Assembly: GCA_963714085.1 (NCBI GenBank)
Contig: OY970229.1
Coordinates: 768,001 to 832,000 of the forward strand
Length of the DNA stretch: 64,000 bases
Origin: an uncultured Candidatus Micrarchaeota archaeon
GTDB taxonomy: Archaea; Micrarchaeota; Micrarchaeia; Anstonellales; Bilamarchaeaceae
Direction: 5' to 3'
In this document: in pieces, positions 17,533 through 27,855 of the stretch
Layout: the number at the start of each line of letters is the position of its first letter
How positions within the stretch are numbered: the first letter of the stretch is position 1
Translations under genes and position numbers: made by a program
Notes under the pieces: model-generated
Told to the model about the DNA's origin: nothing
Database searches by the model: none
Seen by the model: the letters and a program-made list of their open reading frames with translations, nothing else

Positions 17533-18825
17533 ATGAAAGTACTACTCGTGGGCGACGGCGCCAGGGAGCACATAATCGCGGAGAAGCTGGCCAAGGATGC
17601 CGAACTCTATGCAGTGATGTCCAGGAAGAATCCCGCCATAGCGAGATTGTGCAGGAAATACTGGATAGCGAACACCACGGACGCGGCTGCGGTCGCGAAG
17701 GCGGTGGACGTCGTGGCGGACGTCGTATTCGCGAGCCCGGATGCGGTGCTCGCCGCCGGGGTCACGGACGTACTCGTGGAAAGGGGCATGGCAGCCGCAT
17801 CACCTTTGAAGGCCGCGGCCAGGATAGAGTGGGACAAGGGTTTCATGCGCTCGCTCATGGTCAGGCACAAGATAGCCGGCCTGCCGAGGCACAAAGTGGT
17901 CAACGAGGAGAGCGAGGCCATCGCGACCATAAGGGAGTACGGCATGGTGGCCGTGAAGCCCCTCGGGCTCACCGGCGGCAAGGGAGTGAAAGTCTCGGGG
18001 GACCATTTCAAGAACATGGAGGAGAAGTTCGCCTATGCGCAGGAGCTCATAGCGAAAGATGGCTCCGTGCTGATAGAGGAGAAGCTAATCGGCGAGGAGT
18101 TCACGCTCCAGGCGTTCTGCGACGGCACGAACCTGGCATTCATGCCCCCGGTCCAGGACCATAAAAGGGCGTTCGTAGGTGATCTCGGGCCCAATACCGG
18201 TGGCATGGGCTCTTATTCCACGGGCCGGCTGCTGCCGTTCATGCACGGAGCAGACCTGGAGAAGGCGCGGGATATCATGAACCACGTGATCGGTGCCATG
18301 AGGAAGGAGGGCGCACCCTTCACCGGCGTGCTCTACGGCCAGTTCATGATAACCGCGGACGGGCCGAAGGTGATAGAGTTCAACTCGCGCTTCGGGGACC
18401 CGGAGGCCATGAACGTGCTCGCCCTGCTGCGCACGCCGCTCCCTGAGGTCTTCCGCTCCATGTCCGAAGGCAGGCTGGTTAAGACGGAGTTCGCCGACCA
18501 GTGCACCGTAGTGAAATATTTGGTGCCCGAGGGATATCCGGGCAAGTCCGTGGCGGATGCGGAAGTGAGGGTTGACGAGGCCGCGCTCGCTGGGACCGGC
18601 GCCAGCGCGTATTACGCTTCGGTTTATGAGAAGGATGGGAGAGTCTACACCACCGGCTCCCGCACCATCGGAATCCTGGGCATGGCCAAGACGCTCACCG
18701 AGGCCGAGGGGATCGCCGAGAAGGGATGCAAATGCGTGTCCGGCCCGGTGTGGCACAGGCATGATATAGGGACTCCGGAGCTGATACAAAAGCGCGTGGA
18801 GCACATGAAGGAGTTGAGAGTATGA
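17533..18825 (+). CDS. purD: Phosphoribosylamine-glycine ligase
   Basis: KVLLVGDGAREH, QDHKR, GPNTGGMG, EFNSRFGDPE. Confidence 0.96.
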   Translation: MKVLLVGDGAREHIIAEKLAKDAELYAVMSRKNPAIARLCRKYWIANTTDAAAVAKAVDVVADVVFASPDAVLAAGVTDVLVERGMAAASPLKAAARIEWDKGFMRSLMVRHKIAGLPRHKVVNEESEAIATIREYGMVAVKPLGLTGGKGVKVSGDHFKNMEEKFAYAQELIAKDGSVLIEEKLIGEEFTLQAFCDGTNLAFMPPVQDHKRAFVGDLGPNTGGMGSYSTGRLLPFMHGADLEKARDIMNHVIGAMRKEGAPFTGVLYGQFMITADGPKVIEFNSRFGDPEAMNVLALLRTPLPEVFRSMSEGRLVKTEFADQCTVVKYLVPEGYPGKSVADAEVRVDEAALAGTGASAYYASVYEKDGRVYTTGSRTIGILGMAKTLTEAEGIAEKGCKCVSGPVWHRHDIGTPELIQKRVEHMKELRV

Positions 18826-20045
18826 AGGCTGCTGCACTGTTCGTCCTAATCATGGTGTCCTGCTGCTTCAGCATAAGCTTTGGTCCATCGGTGGTGAGGG
18901 TCGAGCGCGACTGGACCGTGGTGAGTTCCGGGCAGTACTATTTCGAAGGGTCGCTCGCACTGAACGACTCCAACCAGAAGGTGCTTAGCATAGAGACGGA
19001 TCCGCCGATGAAGATCATCACCGACCCGCAAGGCAACGTCCGCGTGCAGTACAACGGGACCGCGACCAGTCTCAGCGCGGTCGCCATAATCGCCGTGGAT
19101 TTCAACACCAGCATCATAACGGATCCGACATTCTTCAAGGGCATGCAGCTGAACGCGACGAACCTAACCATGTGGGACCAGGGCATCGCCGCCTCGGCGG
19201 ACAACCTCACCGCGAACACCACGCTCGAGACCATCCGGAACATCGCGAATTTCGTTCACGGTTATATCAATTACAACATCAGCTACTTCGGCCGGGTGCT
19301 CAACGCCACCGACACCTACGCGGTGCGCCAGGGGGTGTGCGTGGAGTACTCGCACCTCACCATATCCATGGCCCGCTACCTCGGCTTTGACACGAGGTTC
19401 GTGAGCGGCTTCGTGGACGGAGGCCAGTGGCAGGCGCATGCCTGGGCCGAGGTCTACGTGCCTGGGTACGGCTGGCTGCCAGTGGATTCCACCTTCGGCG
19501 AAATCGGCGTGCTGGATGACTCCCATGTGGCCGAGGCGAAGGGGAGGGACCAGGATGACATCTTCGACCTCGTGCGATCGATGGAGCCGGGGAACGGGAC
19601 GCTCCAGTTCAACACCAGCGGCAGCGCGGAGTTCGTGAACCAGAGCCAGAATCCGGACGGCCTCAATCTGTCGTATGCTTTCGACGGGCCGGCCGGCGTG
19701 CTCAATGTCACGCTGGAGAACGGAGGAAATGATTACGTTTTCGGCACGTACCAGGCTGCGCTTTCGGGCGCCGGGGGAGTGAACGAGAGCACGATCGTGC
19801 TCCTCTCGCCCCACGAGGACCTGACCCGCAGCTACGGCCTGGATTATTCCGCGCTCAAGCCGGGCTACCAGTACACCATGCCTTTTGCGGCATCGCTGGA
19901 CGATGCGATGGCCTCGGGGAACCTGAGCCTGAACGTGACAGGATCGGCCTCATGCACGAATTGCGGGACGAGCCAGCCAGCGCAGTCCTGCCTGCCCGCG
20001 TACATCCTCCTCGGGCTGCTTGTTTTATATCCTTCCAGGCAATAG
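18822..20045 (+). CDS. Secreted/surface transglutaminase-like domain protein
   Basis: Signal peptide; GVCVEYS / HAWAEV / DST Cys-His-Asp triad; hydrophobic C-terminus. Confidence 0.85.
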   Translation: MKAAALFVLIMVSCCFSISFGPSVVRVERDWTVVSSGQYYFEGSLALNDSNQKVLSIETDPPMKIITDPQGNVRVQYNGTATSLSAVAIIAVDFNTSIITDPTFFKGMQLNATNLTMWDQGIAASADNLTANTTLETIRNIANFVHGYINYNISYFGRVLNATDTYAVRQGVCVEYSHLTISMARYLGFDTRFVSGFVDGGQWQAHAWAEVYVPGYGWLPVDSTFGEIGVLDDSHVAEAKGRDQDDIFDLVRSMEPGNGTLQFNTSGSAEFVNQSQNPDGLNLSYAFDGPAGVLNVTLENGGNDYVFGTYQAALSGAGGVNESTIVLLSPHEDLTRSYGLDYSALKPGYQYTMPFAASLDDAMASGNLSLNVTGSASCTNCGTSQPAQSCLPAYILLGLLVLYPSRQ

Positions 20046-20061
20046 AGACAAGGATGAGAAG

Positions 20062-21144
20062 ATGACAGACGTCCATGTGATAGGCGCTGGACCAGCAGGC
20101 TCGATAGCGGCCATGGCTGCGACCAGGCGGGGCCATGCGGTCGTGGTATCAGAGCAGCATGAGGAAGGGAGCAGGCACGCCACATGTTCCGGGCTTTTCT
20201 CGTCAGAGGGGCTGATGTCGCTCTCGGATTTCATAGATTACAGGAAACTGGTGCTGAACCGGATAAAGGGGGCCGACATCCATTTCGCGGACGAGGTGCT
20301 CTCGGTCAGGACGAGGGAGCCCGTGGCCTACGTATGCGACCGGCATGCGTTCGACGCGACGCTCGCCGCCAATGCGGAGTCCGAAGGCGCGAAGGTAGTT
20401 TACAACGACATGGTGAACGGGTCGTTCAGAGCGGATTGCGTGATAGGGGCGGACGGGCCCAGCTCTTCGGTGGCGAAGCAGTTCCATTTCCCGCCCATGG
20501 CGAGGTACGTATGCACCATGAAGGCGGTGATGGAATACGACGTGGCAGCGAAAACCGACCGCTCCATAATCAGCATGCACCTCTCCCAGAGGCGTTTCCC
20601 GGGGTTTTTCGGGTGGATGATACCGCACGCTGACGACCTGGCCGAGTTCGGCGTCGGAGTGGCGCTGCCCGGCTCGGCCGGAGCAGCCTGGGACCACCTT
20701 TTAGGCATGTACGGGGTGAGGAAGCCGCGCAAGGTCGCTTCTGACATCATACCGGTGGAGCCCAGGAGGATGACCTCCATGCAGCATGGCAAACGGAAAG
20801 TGCTGCTTACGGGCGACGCCGCGGGCCAGGTGAAGGCCACGACCGGAGGGGGAGTGATATTCGGGGGCAATTGCGCCGCGATCGCCGGGAAGCATGCCGA
20901 CAACCCGCACGGCTACGAGCTGGAATGGCGGACGCGGTTCGGGCCGGACCTGTTCTTGCACAGGAAGATAAGGGATCATCTGGACAGCCTCCCTGACGAG
21001 CATCTGGCCGGCCTTGCGAGGCACCTGAAGCGGCTGCGGCTGGACAGCTACCTATCGAAGCATGGCAGCATGGACAAGCCCACCAGGATGATAAAACCGC
21101 AGATGCTCACGCACCTTGTGAGGGCTCTAGCGGGGATGGAATGA
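20062..21144 (+). CDS. Geranylgeranyl reductase family FAD oxidoreductase
   Basis: GAGPAG, GADG, GDAAGQVKATTGGG; next to GGGP synthase. Confidence 0.88.
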   Translation: MTDVHVIGAGPAGSIAAMAATRRGHAVVVSEQHEEGSRHATCSGLFSSEGLMSLSDFIDYRKLVLNRIKGADIHFADEVLSVRTREPVAYVCDRHAFDATLAANAESEGAKVVYNDMVNGSFRADCVIGADGPSSSVAKQFHFPPMARYVCTMKAVMEYDVAAKTDRSIISMHLSQRRFPGFFGWMIPHADDLAEFGVGVALPGSAGAAWDHLLGMYGVRKPRKVASDIIPVEPRRMTSMQHGKRKVLLTGDAAGQVKATTGGGVIFGGNCAAIAGKHADNPHGYELEWRTRFGPDLFLHRKIRDHLDSLPDEHLAGLARHLKRLRLDSYLSKHGSMDKPTRMIKPQMLTHLVRALAGME

Positions 21145-21178
21145 CTATTTTTAAGGGTAGCGCACCTAATACATCCCC

Positions 21179-21943
21179 ATGAAAGGGAAGACGGAGAAGT
21201 ACATACTGGACGAGCTCGAGAGGAAGAAGGGCCTCTTGTTCGCGGTGATAGATCCGCTGGATTACAAGACGCCGGCCGAAGCTGTCAGGACCGCGAAGAA
21301 CGCGGATGAGGCCGATGCGGACATAATACTCATCGGGGGGAGCACCGGGGTGCAGGGCGAGGCGCTGGACACGGTCGCGAAACAGATAAAGGAGAACGTG
21401 TCCAAGCCGGTGGTGCTTTTCCCGGGCAACATAGGCACGCTCACCAGATACGCGGATGCGGTCTATTTCATGTCCATGCTCAATTCACGCAACACTTATT
21501 GGATAAGCGAGGCGCAGGTGCTGGCCGCGCCCATGGTGCGGCTCTACGGCGTGGAGCCGCTTCCCGTGGCTTACGTGGTCGTCGACCCCGGAGGCACCGT
21601 GGGATGGGTCGGGGACGCCAAGCGCATACCGCGGGACAAGCCCAAGATCGCCGCCGCCTTCGGCATGGCAGCCGAATGCATGGGCTTCAGGTTCTTCGTC
21701 ACAGATGCGGGAAGCAACCCCGCAGAGGGCCACATACCCCTGGACATGGTTAAGGCGGTGAAGTCTTCCATAACGATCCCTTATATCGCCGCGGGGGGCA
21801 TAAGGACCCCTGACGAGGCGCGGGCGGTCGTCAAGGCCGGCGCGGATATCATACAGGTGGGCACGGCGTTCGAAAGGGAAGGCTCGGTCTCCAAGATAAG
21901 GGAGATTGTGAAGGCTGTCAGGGAAGGAGCGAAGTCCAGATAG
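21179..21943 (+). CDS. Geranylgeranylglyceryl phosphate synthase
   Basis: IDP, IGGSTG, LFPGN, FMSMLNSRN, GGGIR-like phosphate-binding motif. Confidence 0.93.
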   Translation: MKGKTEKYILDELERKKGLLFAVIDPLDYKTPAEAVRTAKNADEADADIILIGGSTGVQGEALDTVAKQIKENVSKPVVLFPGNIGTLTRYADAVYFMSMLNSRNTYWISEAQVLAAPMVRLYGVEPLPVAYVVVDPGGTVGWVGDAKRIPRDKPKIAAAFGMAAECMGFRFFVTDAGSNPAEGHIPLDMVKAVKSSITIPYIAAGGIRTPDEARAVVKAGADIIQVGTAFEREGSVSKIREIVKAVREGAKSR

Positions 21944-21961
21944 CAGGATACGATTTTTCAG

Positions 21962-22816
21962 CTAGTCCGGCTCTATGTGTATGTTCACGTCCTTGACCGC
22001 GGGCACAGCCGTGATTATGTTCCCCTTCACGCGGTGGGCGATGGCGTGGGCCTGCTTTATGGCAGTATCGCGCGGGACCTGGATATCGACGTCCACCAGG
22101 ATCCTGCTCCCGGCGTATCTCGCCTTGAGCTTGTGGAACCCGGTTATCGTCTTATCGACGCTCAGGACGCCCCTGATCTGGTCCATGGTGCCTGGGTCCG
22201 GGCTGAAATCCATGAAGACCGTATAGGATCTCGAGAGCAGCTGGAAAGAGATGTAGAGCATAACAAGCGCGACCACGAGCGCGGATAACGGGTCTCCCGC
22301 GCCATATCCGACGCGGACGAGCACGAGGCCGGCCAGGACTGCGATGGAGCTTATTATGTCGGTCTTGAAATGCGCGGAATCGGCCTCCAGGGCCTGGCTG
22401 CCTCCCGACTCTTTGGCGGCGTCGTTGAGCTTTTTCGAGGTGAAGTGCGCAAGCGGGATGGACAATAGCATGAGCGCTATGCCCACTTCAGACATCTCCA
22501 CCTTTCCCGGGGCGGAGAGCCTCTGCCATGCCTCGAAGAGGATTACGAGCGCAGTGAAGGCTATGAGCAGCGCCTGGAGCATGGAGGAGAGCGTCTCGAA
22601 CTTCTCGTGGCCGTAGTGGTGGTCCGCATCCTCGGGCTCTTCCGCCTTTTTCACTCCGAGATAGGCGAGCGCCGATGCGAGGAGGTCGAAGAGGGAGTGG
22701 GCGGATTCGGCGTAGAGGCCGATGCTGTTGGTGAGGAACGCGGCAATCATCTTGCTGGCGAGCAGGCTGAGGTTCACGAAAAACGACAGCTTCGCCGCTC
22801 CGAGTTTCCCTTCCAT
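21962..22816 (-). CDS. Cation diffusion facilitator transporter
   Basis: HSLFD, HHYGHEKFE, ADSAHFKTD, C-terminal IHIEP. Confidence 0.93.
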   Translation of the reverse strand: MEGKLGAAKLSFFVNLSLLASKMIAAFLTNSIGLYAESAHSLFDLLASALAYLGVKKAEEPEDADHHYGHEKFETLSSMLQALLIAFTALVILFEAWQRLSAPGKVEMSEVGIALMLLSIPLAHFTSKKLNDAAKESGGSQALEADSAHFKTDIISSIAVLAGLVLVRVGYGAGDPLSALVVALVMLYISFQLLSRSYTVFMDFSPDPGTMDQIRGVLSVDKTITGFHKLKARYAGSRILVDVDIQVPRDTAIKQAHAIAHRVKGNIITAVPAVKDVNIHIEPD

Positions 22817-22876
22817 CACCGGACCTTTGCCTCGCAAGGTAAATAAGTTTAACTGGTGAATAAGTGCGGTGATGTC

Positions 22877-23533
22877 TTGAATACCTCATTCATAGAATTC
22901 CTGGCCAGGACCGGCGCCGTGAAGTTCGGGGATTTCGTGCTCAAATCAGGCAGGGAGTCGCCTTATTTCATATCCACGGGCGACCTGTCCACCGGTGCGG
23001 CGTCCTACGAGCTGGGCAAGTACTACGCGCAGAAGATAAACGAGTCCTTCGGGGACAAGTTCGACGCGGTCTTCGGCCCGGCCTACAAGGGCATACCGCT
23101 GGCGGTGTGCGCCAGCATGTCGCTCGCGAAGGACTTCGGGGTGAACAAGAGCTGGTTGTTCGACCGGAAGGAGAAGAAGACCTACGGCGACGTGAGCGCG
23201 TTCGTCGGCTCCGTGGACCATGGCGCTAGGATCGTGATAGTGGACGACGTGATGACCACGGGCGAGACCAAACTCGAGGCCATAGAGAAGCTCCAGAAGG
23301 GCCTCAAGGCCGAGGTCTGCGGCATAGTCATCGCGGTGGACAGGATGGAGCGCGGCAGGAGGGGCGGCGCGGTGACCGAGTTCACAGAGGAGACCGGGAT
23401 CCCGGTTTTCGCCATAACCACGATCAGCGATATCTTCGAGCACCTGAAGGGCAGGAACATCGACGGGAAGGTCTACGTGGACAACGAGAGCTACGACTCT
23501 TTCCTGGCGTATAAGAAGAAATACGGGGTCTAG
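22877..23533 (+). CDS. pyrE: Orotate phosphoribosyltransferase
   Basis: FVLKSGRESPYF, FGPAYKGIP, IVDDVMTTG; TTG start after GGTGAT SD (start uncertain). Confidence 0.95.
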   Translation: MNTSFIEFLARTGAVKFGDFVLKSGRESPYFISTGDLSTGAASYELGKYYAQKINESFGDKFDAVFGPAYKGIPLAVCASMSLAKDFGVNKSWLFDRKEKKTYGDVSAFVGSVDHGARIVIVDDVMTTGETKLEAIEKLQKGLKAEVCGIVIAVDRMERGRRGGAVTEFTEETGIPVFAITTISDIFEHLKGRNIDGKVYVDNESYDSFLAYKKKYGV

Positions 23534-24561
23534 AGGCAGGTGTCCAGGAAACCATCTTCTATCTTCGTTACCGCGAGCCCCGTGCACCTGGCTCCGAAGC
23601 CGAGGACGGCGGCGAAGCTCGGCACGGTCCTACCTTTGTCTCCTGAAACGAGCTCCTTGATATAGGTCCCAGCCTCGGCCTTTATCCTGAATGCGGCGTG
23701 CCTACGGTCCACCGCCCTTAGAAGCTCCAGCTGGATCACCTTTCTTTTGCGTACGAGGTCCGCCCTCCTGTGGACAACGCGTTCCGGAGTCTGCTGCTCG
23801 AGTACCGTGCCTGCGAGCGAGAGGATCTTCTCCAGTTCCGGCCCGGCCGCGTCTTCCCCGAACTCGACCTCCACCTCGTACTCCTTGTCGAAATGGGATT
23901 CCGTGACTAGCTCGACGAACGTGCGGGCGACTATGATGGAATCCGATATGGAGACCTCCTTGCCGGAAGCGACCTCGCCCTCGATCGCACGGAGGTCGAC
24001 CTTGCGGCTCTTCGGATTCCTCATCTCCATCACGAACGGCCGCCCTGCGGTGTTCGTCGCGTCGACGTCCTCGCGGCCGGACGCGTGCATCGTGTAGTCC
24101 TCTGCTGCGAAATGTTTTTTCATCACGTCCCCAATGCGCTCTTCCACGGAGTCGTAGTGCCTGCCTCTGCCCGCGCACTTGCCGCATCCCTTGCCGCCGC
24201 AATCTGCGCATAGCCACCTGCTCTGGGAGAGCCCCGGCACGAGCTTCCGGTACCTGCCGAAGACGAATATGGGGATTGGCTCGCTCGAGATGACCGCCTT
24301 GTCACCAGTGAAATCGAAGACCGCGCGGATGTCGCCTTCGGCGTCGTACGGGATGCCGGACGATTTCGCGAGCGCTGAGGACAGTTTTTTGTTGAGCGCG
24401 CTTTTGACCGACTCCGCCCCGGCGAGCTTCCGGTCGAAGTCCGATTCCTCTGCCGCGAGCCATTCCTTCGGTATCTTAGTGGATATGGAGAACGAGGATG
24501 CGCCGGAGAGGATGGGCAGCGCCTTCTTGACAAGCGATGAGAGGCTTCTGGGCTGTTTCAT
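23530..24561 (-). CDS. pus10: tRNA pseudouridine(54/55) synthase Pus10
   Basis: GRYRK, HASGREDVD, QQTPERVVHRR, GTYIKELVSGD. Confidence 0.93.
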   Translation of the reverse strand: MKQPRSLSSLVKKALPILSGASSFSISTKIPKEWLAAEESDFDRKLAGAESVKSALNKKLSSALAKSSGIPYDAEGDIRAVFDFTGDKAVISSEPIPIFVFGRYRKLVPGLSQSRWLCADCGGKGCGKCAGRGRHYDSVEERIGDVMKKHFAAEDYTMHASGREDVDATNTAGRPFVMEMRNPKSRKVDLRAIEGEVASGKEVSISDSIIVARTFVELVTESHFDKEYEVEVEFGEDAAGPELEKILSLAGTVLEQQTPERVVHRRADLVRKRKVIQLELLRAVDRRHAAFRIKAEAGTYIKELVSGDKGRTVPSFAAVLGFGARCTGLAVTKIEDGFLDTCL

Positions 24562-24905
24562 ATGCCTAGCTCTTTGTGCGGCATGGATGGCAGGCCATGC
24601 TTTATGCGGTAGCCGTCCAGGACGAGGGATGCCCGCTTCATCCTGGCGACCCGGTCGCGGGCCAGCCTGGAATCCTCGGCCTTTTTCGCGTATATCCCGA
24701 AATCCGCGAGCGTCTTGGTGCCGTTCTCGGCCATGCGCTCGAGGACCTCGACCACCAGCCGCTTGCCCCGCACGTCGTCGCCCCACACGCTCAGCGCCAG
24801 CGCCACCTGGTTTATGAAATGCGTCTTGTCTGATTCGGACATGGAGTTCCAGATGCCCATCACCGTGCGCTTCGTATCCTCGCTCACGTAATCGAAATCA
24901 ACCAT
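24558..24905 (-). CDS. Hypothetical protein
   Basis: ATGA overlap with pus10; host-like codon usage. Confidence 0.65.
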   Translation of the reverse strand: MVDFDYVSEDTKRTVMGIWNSMSESDKTHFINQVALALSVWGDDVRGKRLVVEVLERMAENGTKTLADFGIYAKKAEDSRLARDRVARMKRASLVLDGYRIKHGLPSMPHKELGI

Positions 24906-25364
24906 TCAGACCACCGCCTCCTTTCCCTCCTCCCCGCACCATTTACGGAGGTTCATTTTCCTGATGTCCTGCGCCTCGAGCAGGAGCGCCAGCTTCAACG
25001 TGTCAGCGACAGCCTCTTTGTCAAGCTTGGCATCGCTGCTGGGGGTCTTCATCGCGACCAGGTCCTTTATCGTCCGGACGCTCTCAGGTTCCGCCTTCTT
25101 CACCGGAATCGGCGTCTGTGCGACTGCCGCCTTGACATAGCCTTCCAGTGTCGGCTCCGCTGGAAGAGGAGATTCAAGGACCTGCTTGAGGAACGTGCGC
25201 CAAGACAGCGCCGTAGGCACCTTCGTGGCTAACCTCATGTATTCCTCCAGCTCGGCTTCCGTAGCCTTTGGTTTCGAGAGAGGTTTGCGAATAAGCTCTG
25301 CGAACTGCTGGTCCAAGTCTGTCGTTTTTCTCTTGGTTTTTTGCTCTGGTGCAGGCCCCGCCAT
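24906..25364 (-). CDS. Hypothetical protein
   Basis: Abuts next gene; TATA upstream (about 25376-25383). Confidence 0.55.
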   Translation of the reverse strand: MAGPAPEQKTKRKTTDLDQQFAELIRKPLSKPKATEAELEEYMRLATKVPTALSWRTFLKQVLESPLPAEPTLEGYVKAAVAQTPIPVKKAEPESVRTIKDLVAMKTPSSDAKLDKEAVADTLKLALLLEAQDIRKMNLRKWCGEEGKEAVV

Positions 25365-25417
25365 ATAATCGCCGTTTATATATCTCCGGCAAGGTTAAAA
25401 TAGCTTGATATCGGGCC

Positions 25418-27802
25418 TCAGACGAAGAGGTCCAGTGTCTTCTGCCTGCCGCCGACCTTCAGGCTGTACTCGTCATAGCCAAGCTCCTTGAGTATCTTCA
25501 TCACCGCCGGGAGTATCTGGTTGTTGATGTAATAGTCAGGGTCGTAGTCCTTCGCGTATTCGGCCAGCTCCGCCTTCTCGGATATCGACTTGCCCTTCTT
25601 CGTTATCACAAAGGAGACCACGCTTCCGGTCTCCATGGTTATGCCGCGCGCTATTGCCTTGTGTGCGGCGGACAGCTCGGGGGATGCGACCTCGTAGCCG
25701 CCCCGCGGGTCCTTCTTGAGCTGGGTGACTATCGTCAGCTCGTCCATGGAGACGTCGCCGCGCATCACACGTTCCACCGTGTCCCGCACGATCTTCACCG
25801 CCTTCTCCTTGGAGCCGTCGCGGAGTATGGCCTCGAGCACGGCGAGCTGCGTCTTCTTGGCTATCTGCGACCAGTCCCTGCGCACGAGCTCGAAGCCGCG
25901 TATCTTTATGCGGTTGTCGTCCCCGAGCAGCGCGTATTTCTTCTTCGCGCCCTTCTCCCCGCCGCCCTTCTTGGACACGAACACGCCGCGGGGGTAGAAT
26001 CCCTCGAGCTCGAGCTCCATCTTCTCCGGGAGGGACGCGTTCATGTCGTTCATGAACTTGATGACGTCCTCCTTGTCCTTGTAGATCAGCATGACGCTGT
26101 CAGTATCGCCGTACAGCACCTTGAAGCCCGCCTTCTCCGCCCGCTCCATCGTCTCCATGATGTGCTTGCGGCCGTAGGCTGTCACGGATTCCCCGCATTC
26201 GCGGGAGTACCATCTTGAGCGCGCGTACGCGAGGTACCCGTAAAAAGAATTCGAGACGACCTTGATGGCATTGGAGCGCGCGTGCAGCATCCTGTACTCG
26301 TCCGAATCCTTGTCCAGCGTCTTGAGCTGCCTCTTGATCTTGGACCTGAAATCGATGAGGTAATCGAGCACGGATGGGATGAGCCCTTTCGGGGATTTGA
26401 GGAACATCGTCCCTATCGGAGAGACGTTGGTGTCCCCCTCTTTCAATCCAGCGTCGTCTGTAACTACGGTTCCGGGGTCTATGTTGTACGCGACTATTAT
26501 GGATGGGTACAGGCCGCGGAAATCCAGGACCGCGATGTTCTCATACACGCCGGGCTCTGGCAGTTTGACATACGCGCCCTGTATCGGGGCTGCTAGCCGG
26601 TCGGCTATCGCGCCTCCGGACGGCTTCGGGGGGATGAGCATGCCCTTGCCCGTAGCCTCGAACATCAGCAGGTTCTCCACCAGCTGGCCAGATGTTGCGA
26701 GAGAGGTGTCGTAGAGCGGAAGCTTGGCCAGGCTTGAGAGCTCGGTCTCCACCTGCAGGTAGCGGTCGCCTATCTCCTTGGTGACCTTGGAGTCCATGAG
26801 CGAGTACTCAGCCAGCTCCCCGATGTCGCCGGAATCCCAGTGCCTCCAGATGTCGTCCCCCTTTATGTCCTTCTTGCCGCTCTTGGTTAGCGCGGCTGCG
26901 ACCGTGCGCAGCGTGTAGTCAGGGACCTTTATCATGCCGATGTGGCCGAAGAAGCGGAGCATGGGGTATATGTCTATGTGGATCCTGCCCGCTATCCTCA
27001 CCCCGGTGGTCAGGCCGCGCTTGGTCTGCTTGAGCTGCGCCTTGAACCTGCCGAGCTGGAGACCGGCGCCGGTGGTCCTGGAGCGTGTGGCGAGATAGGG
27101 CAGGTCGAAGTTCGCGCTGTTGTACCCGAAGATCACGTCCGGGTCCTGCTCGTTGACCAGGCTACTGAACTCCTCGAGCATGGCCTTCTCGTTGCCCACC
27201 GTGCGCACGAACGGCCTCCTGTCCTGCTTGGTCGTGAGCACGCCCTCGTCCCTGCCGGACCAGCTTATCATGATGACCTGATCGACCTTCTCCCGCGGCG
27301 CCCCTTTCGGGTTGTAGGTCTCTATGTCGAATGCGAAGGTGCTCAGCTGGGGGTTCGCCTGCTCGCAGGAGATTATCCGCTTTATGAGCTGCTTTTCCCG
27401 CTCGTAATGGATGATGCCCTGCGGGGTGAGCCTCATGTCGAATATGAACCTGCGGCCGAACGGGATTCCGTCCTCGTAGCAGGGGAACGGTATCGCCCCA
27501 CGTAGTACCGGGACGTCCGAAGGTTGGCAGCAGACGACCTTGGCGAGGCGCTTCTTTTTCTGCCCGGATTGCAGCTCGACCTCCACCACGTCCTTAGGGC
27601 TGACCCTGCTTCCGTCCCTGGCAATGGCGACCATGTTGAGGAGCTCTTCCTTCCGCTCCAGGGGGATTTCGGTATAGAAATAGGGGTCGTAGCGGTAGTA
27701 GAGCCGGACCGCCTTCTTCCCCTTCACCAATAGGCGGACGTAGGACTGGCCGTTCCTCACGATGTAATCGACGTCCAGCAGGTAAGCCTTGCGGATAACC
27801 AT
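25418..27802 (-). CDS. polB: Family B DNA polymerase
   Basis: ExoI FDIET, ExoII GYNSANFDLPYL, DFRGLYPSII, KVVSNSFYGY, YGDTDS; no intein. Confidence 0.97.
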   Translation of the reverse strand: MVIRKAYLLDVDYIVRNGQSYVRLLVKGKKAVRLYYRYDPYFYTEIPLERKEELLNMVAIARDGSRVSPKDVVEVELQSGQKKKRLAKVVCCQPSDVPVLRGAIPFPCYEDGIPFGRRFIFDMRLTPQGIIHYEREKQLIKRIISCEQANPQLSTFAFDIETYNPKGAPREKVDQVIMISWSGRDEGVLTTKQDRRPFVRTVGNEKAMLEEFSSLVNEQDPDVIFGYNSANFDLPYLATRSRTTGAGLQLGRFKAQLKQTKRGLTTGVRIAGRIHIDIYPMLRFFGHIGMIKVPDYTLRTVAAALTKSGKKDIKGDDIWRHWDSGDIGELAEYSLMDSKVTKEIGDRYLQVETELSSLAKLPLYDTSLATSGQLVENLLMFEATGKGMLIPPKPSGGAIADRLAAPIQGAYVKLPEPGVYENIAVLDFRGLYPSIIVAYNIDPGTVVTDDAGLKEGDTNVSPIGTMFLKSPKGLIPSVLDYLIDFRSKIKRQLKTLDKDSDEYRMLHARSNAIKVVSNSFYGYLAYARSRWYSRECGESVTAYGRKHIMETMERAEKAGFKVLYGDTDSVMLIYKDKEDVIKFMNDMNASLPEKMELELEGFYPRGVFVSKKGGGEKGAKKKYALLGDDNRIKIRGFELVRRDWSQIAKKTQLAVLEAILRDGSKEKAVKIVRDTVERVMRGDVSMDELTIVTQLKKDPRGGYEVASPELSAAHKAIARGITMETGSVVSFVITKKGKSISEKAELAEYAKDYDPDYYINNQILPAVMKILKELGYDEYSLKVGGRQKTLDLFV

Positions 27803-27855
27803 CAGAATCAGAGGGGATTAGAAGAAAAGAGAATAAAAAATAGGGACTCCGGGCT

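Noticed and set aside
23530..24786. ORF-track N-terminal extensions of pus10, dcd (to 36811), nurA (from 36336), ThiF (to 49248) and the K+ channel (to 50048)
   Set aside because: Extensions overlap neighbouring genes and are non-homologous; starts were trimmed
25418..27802. Intein in or inactivation of PolB
   Set aside because: Normal length with intact exonuclease and polymerase motifs
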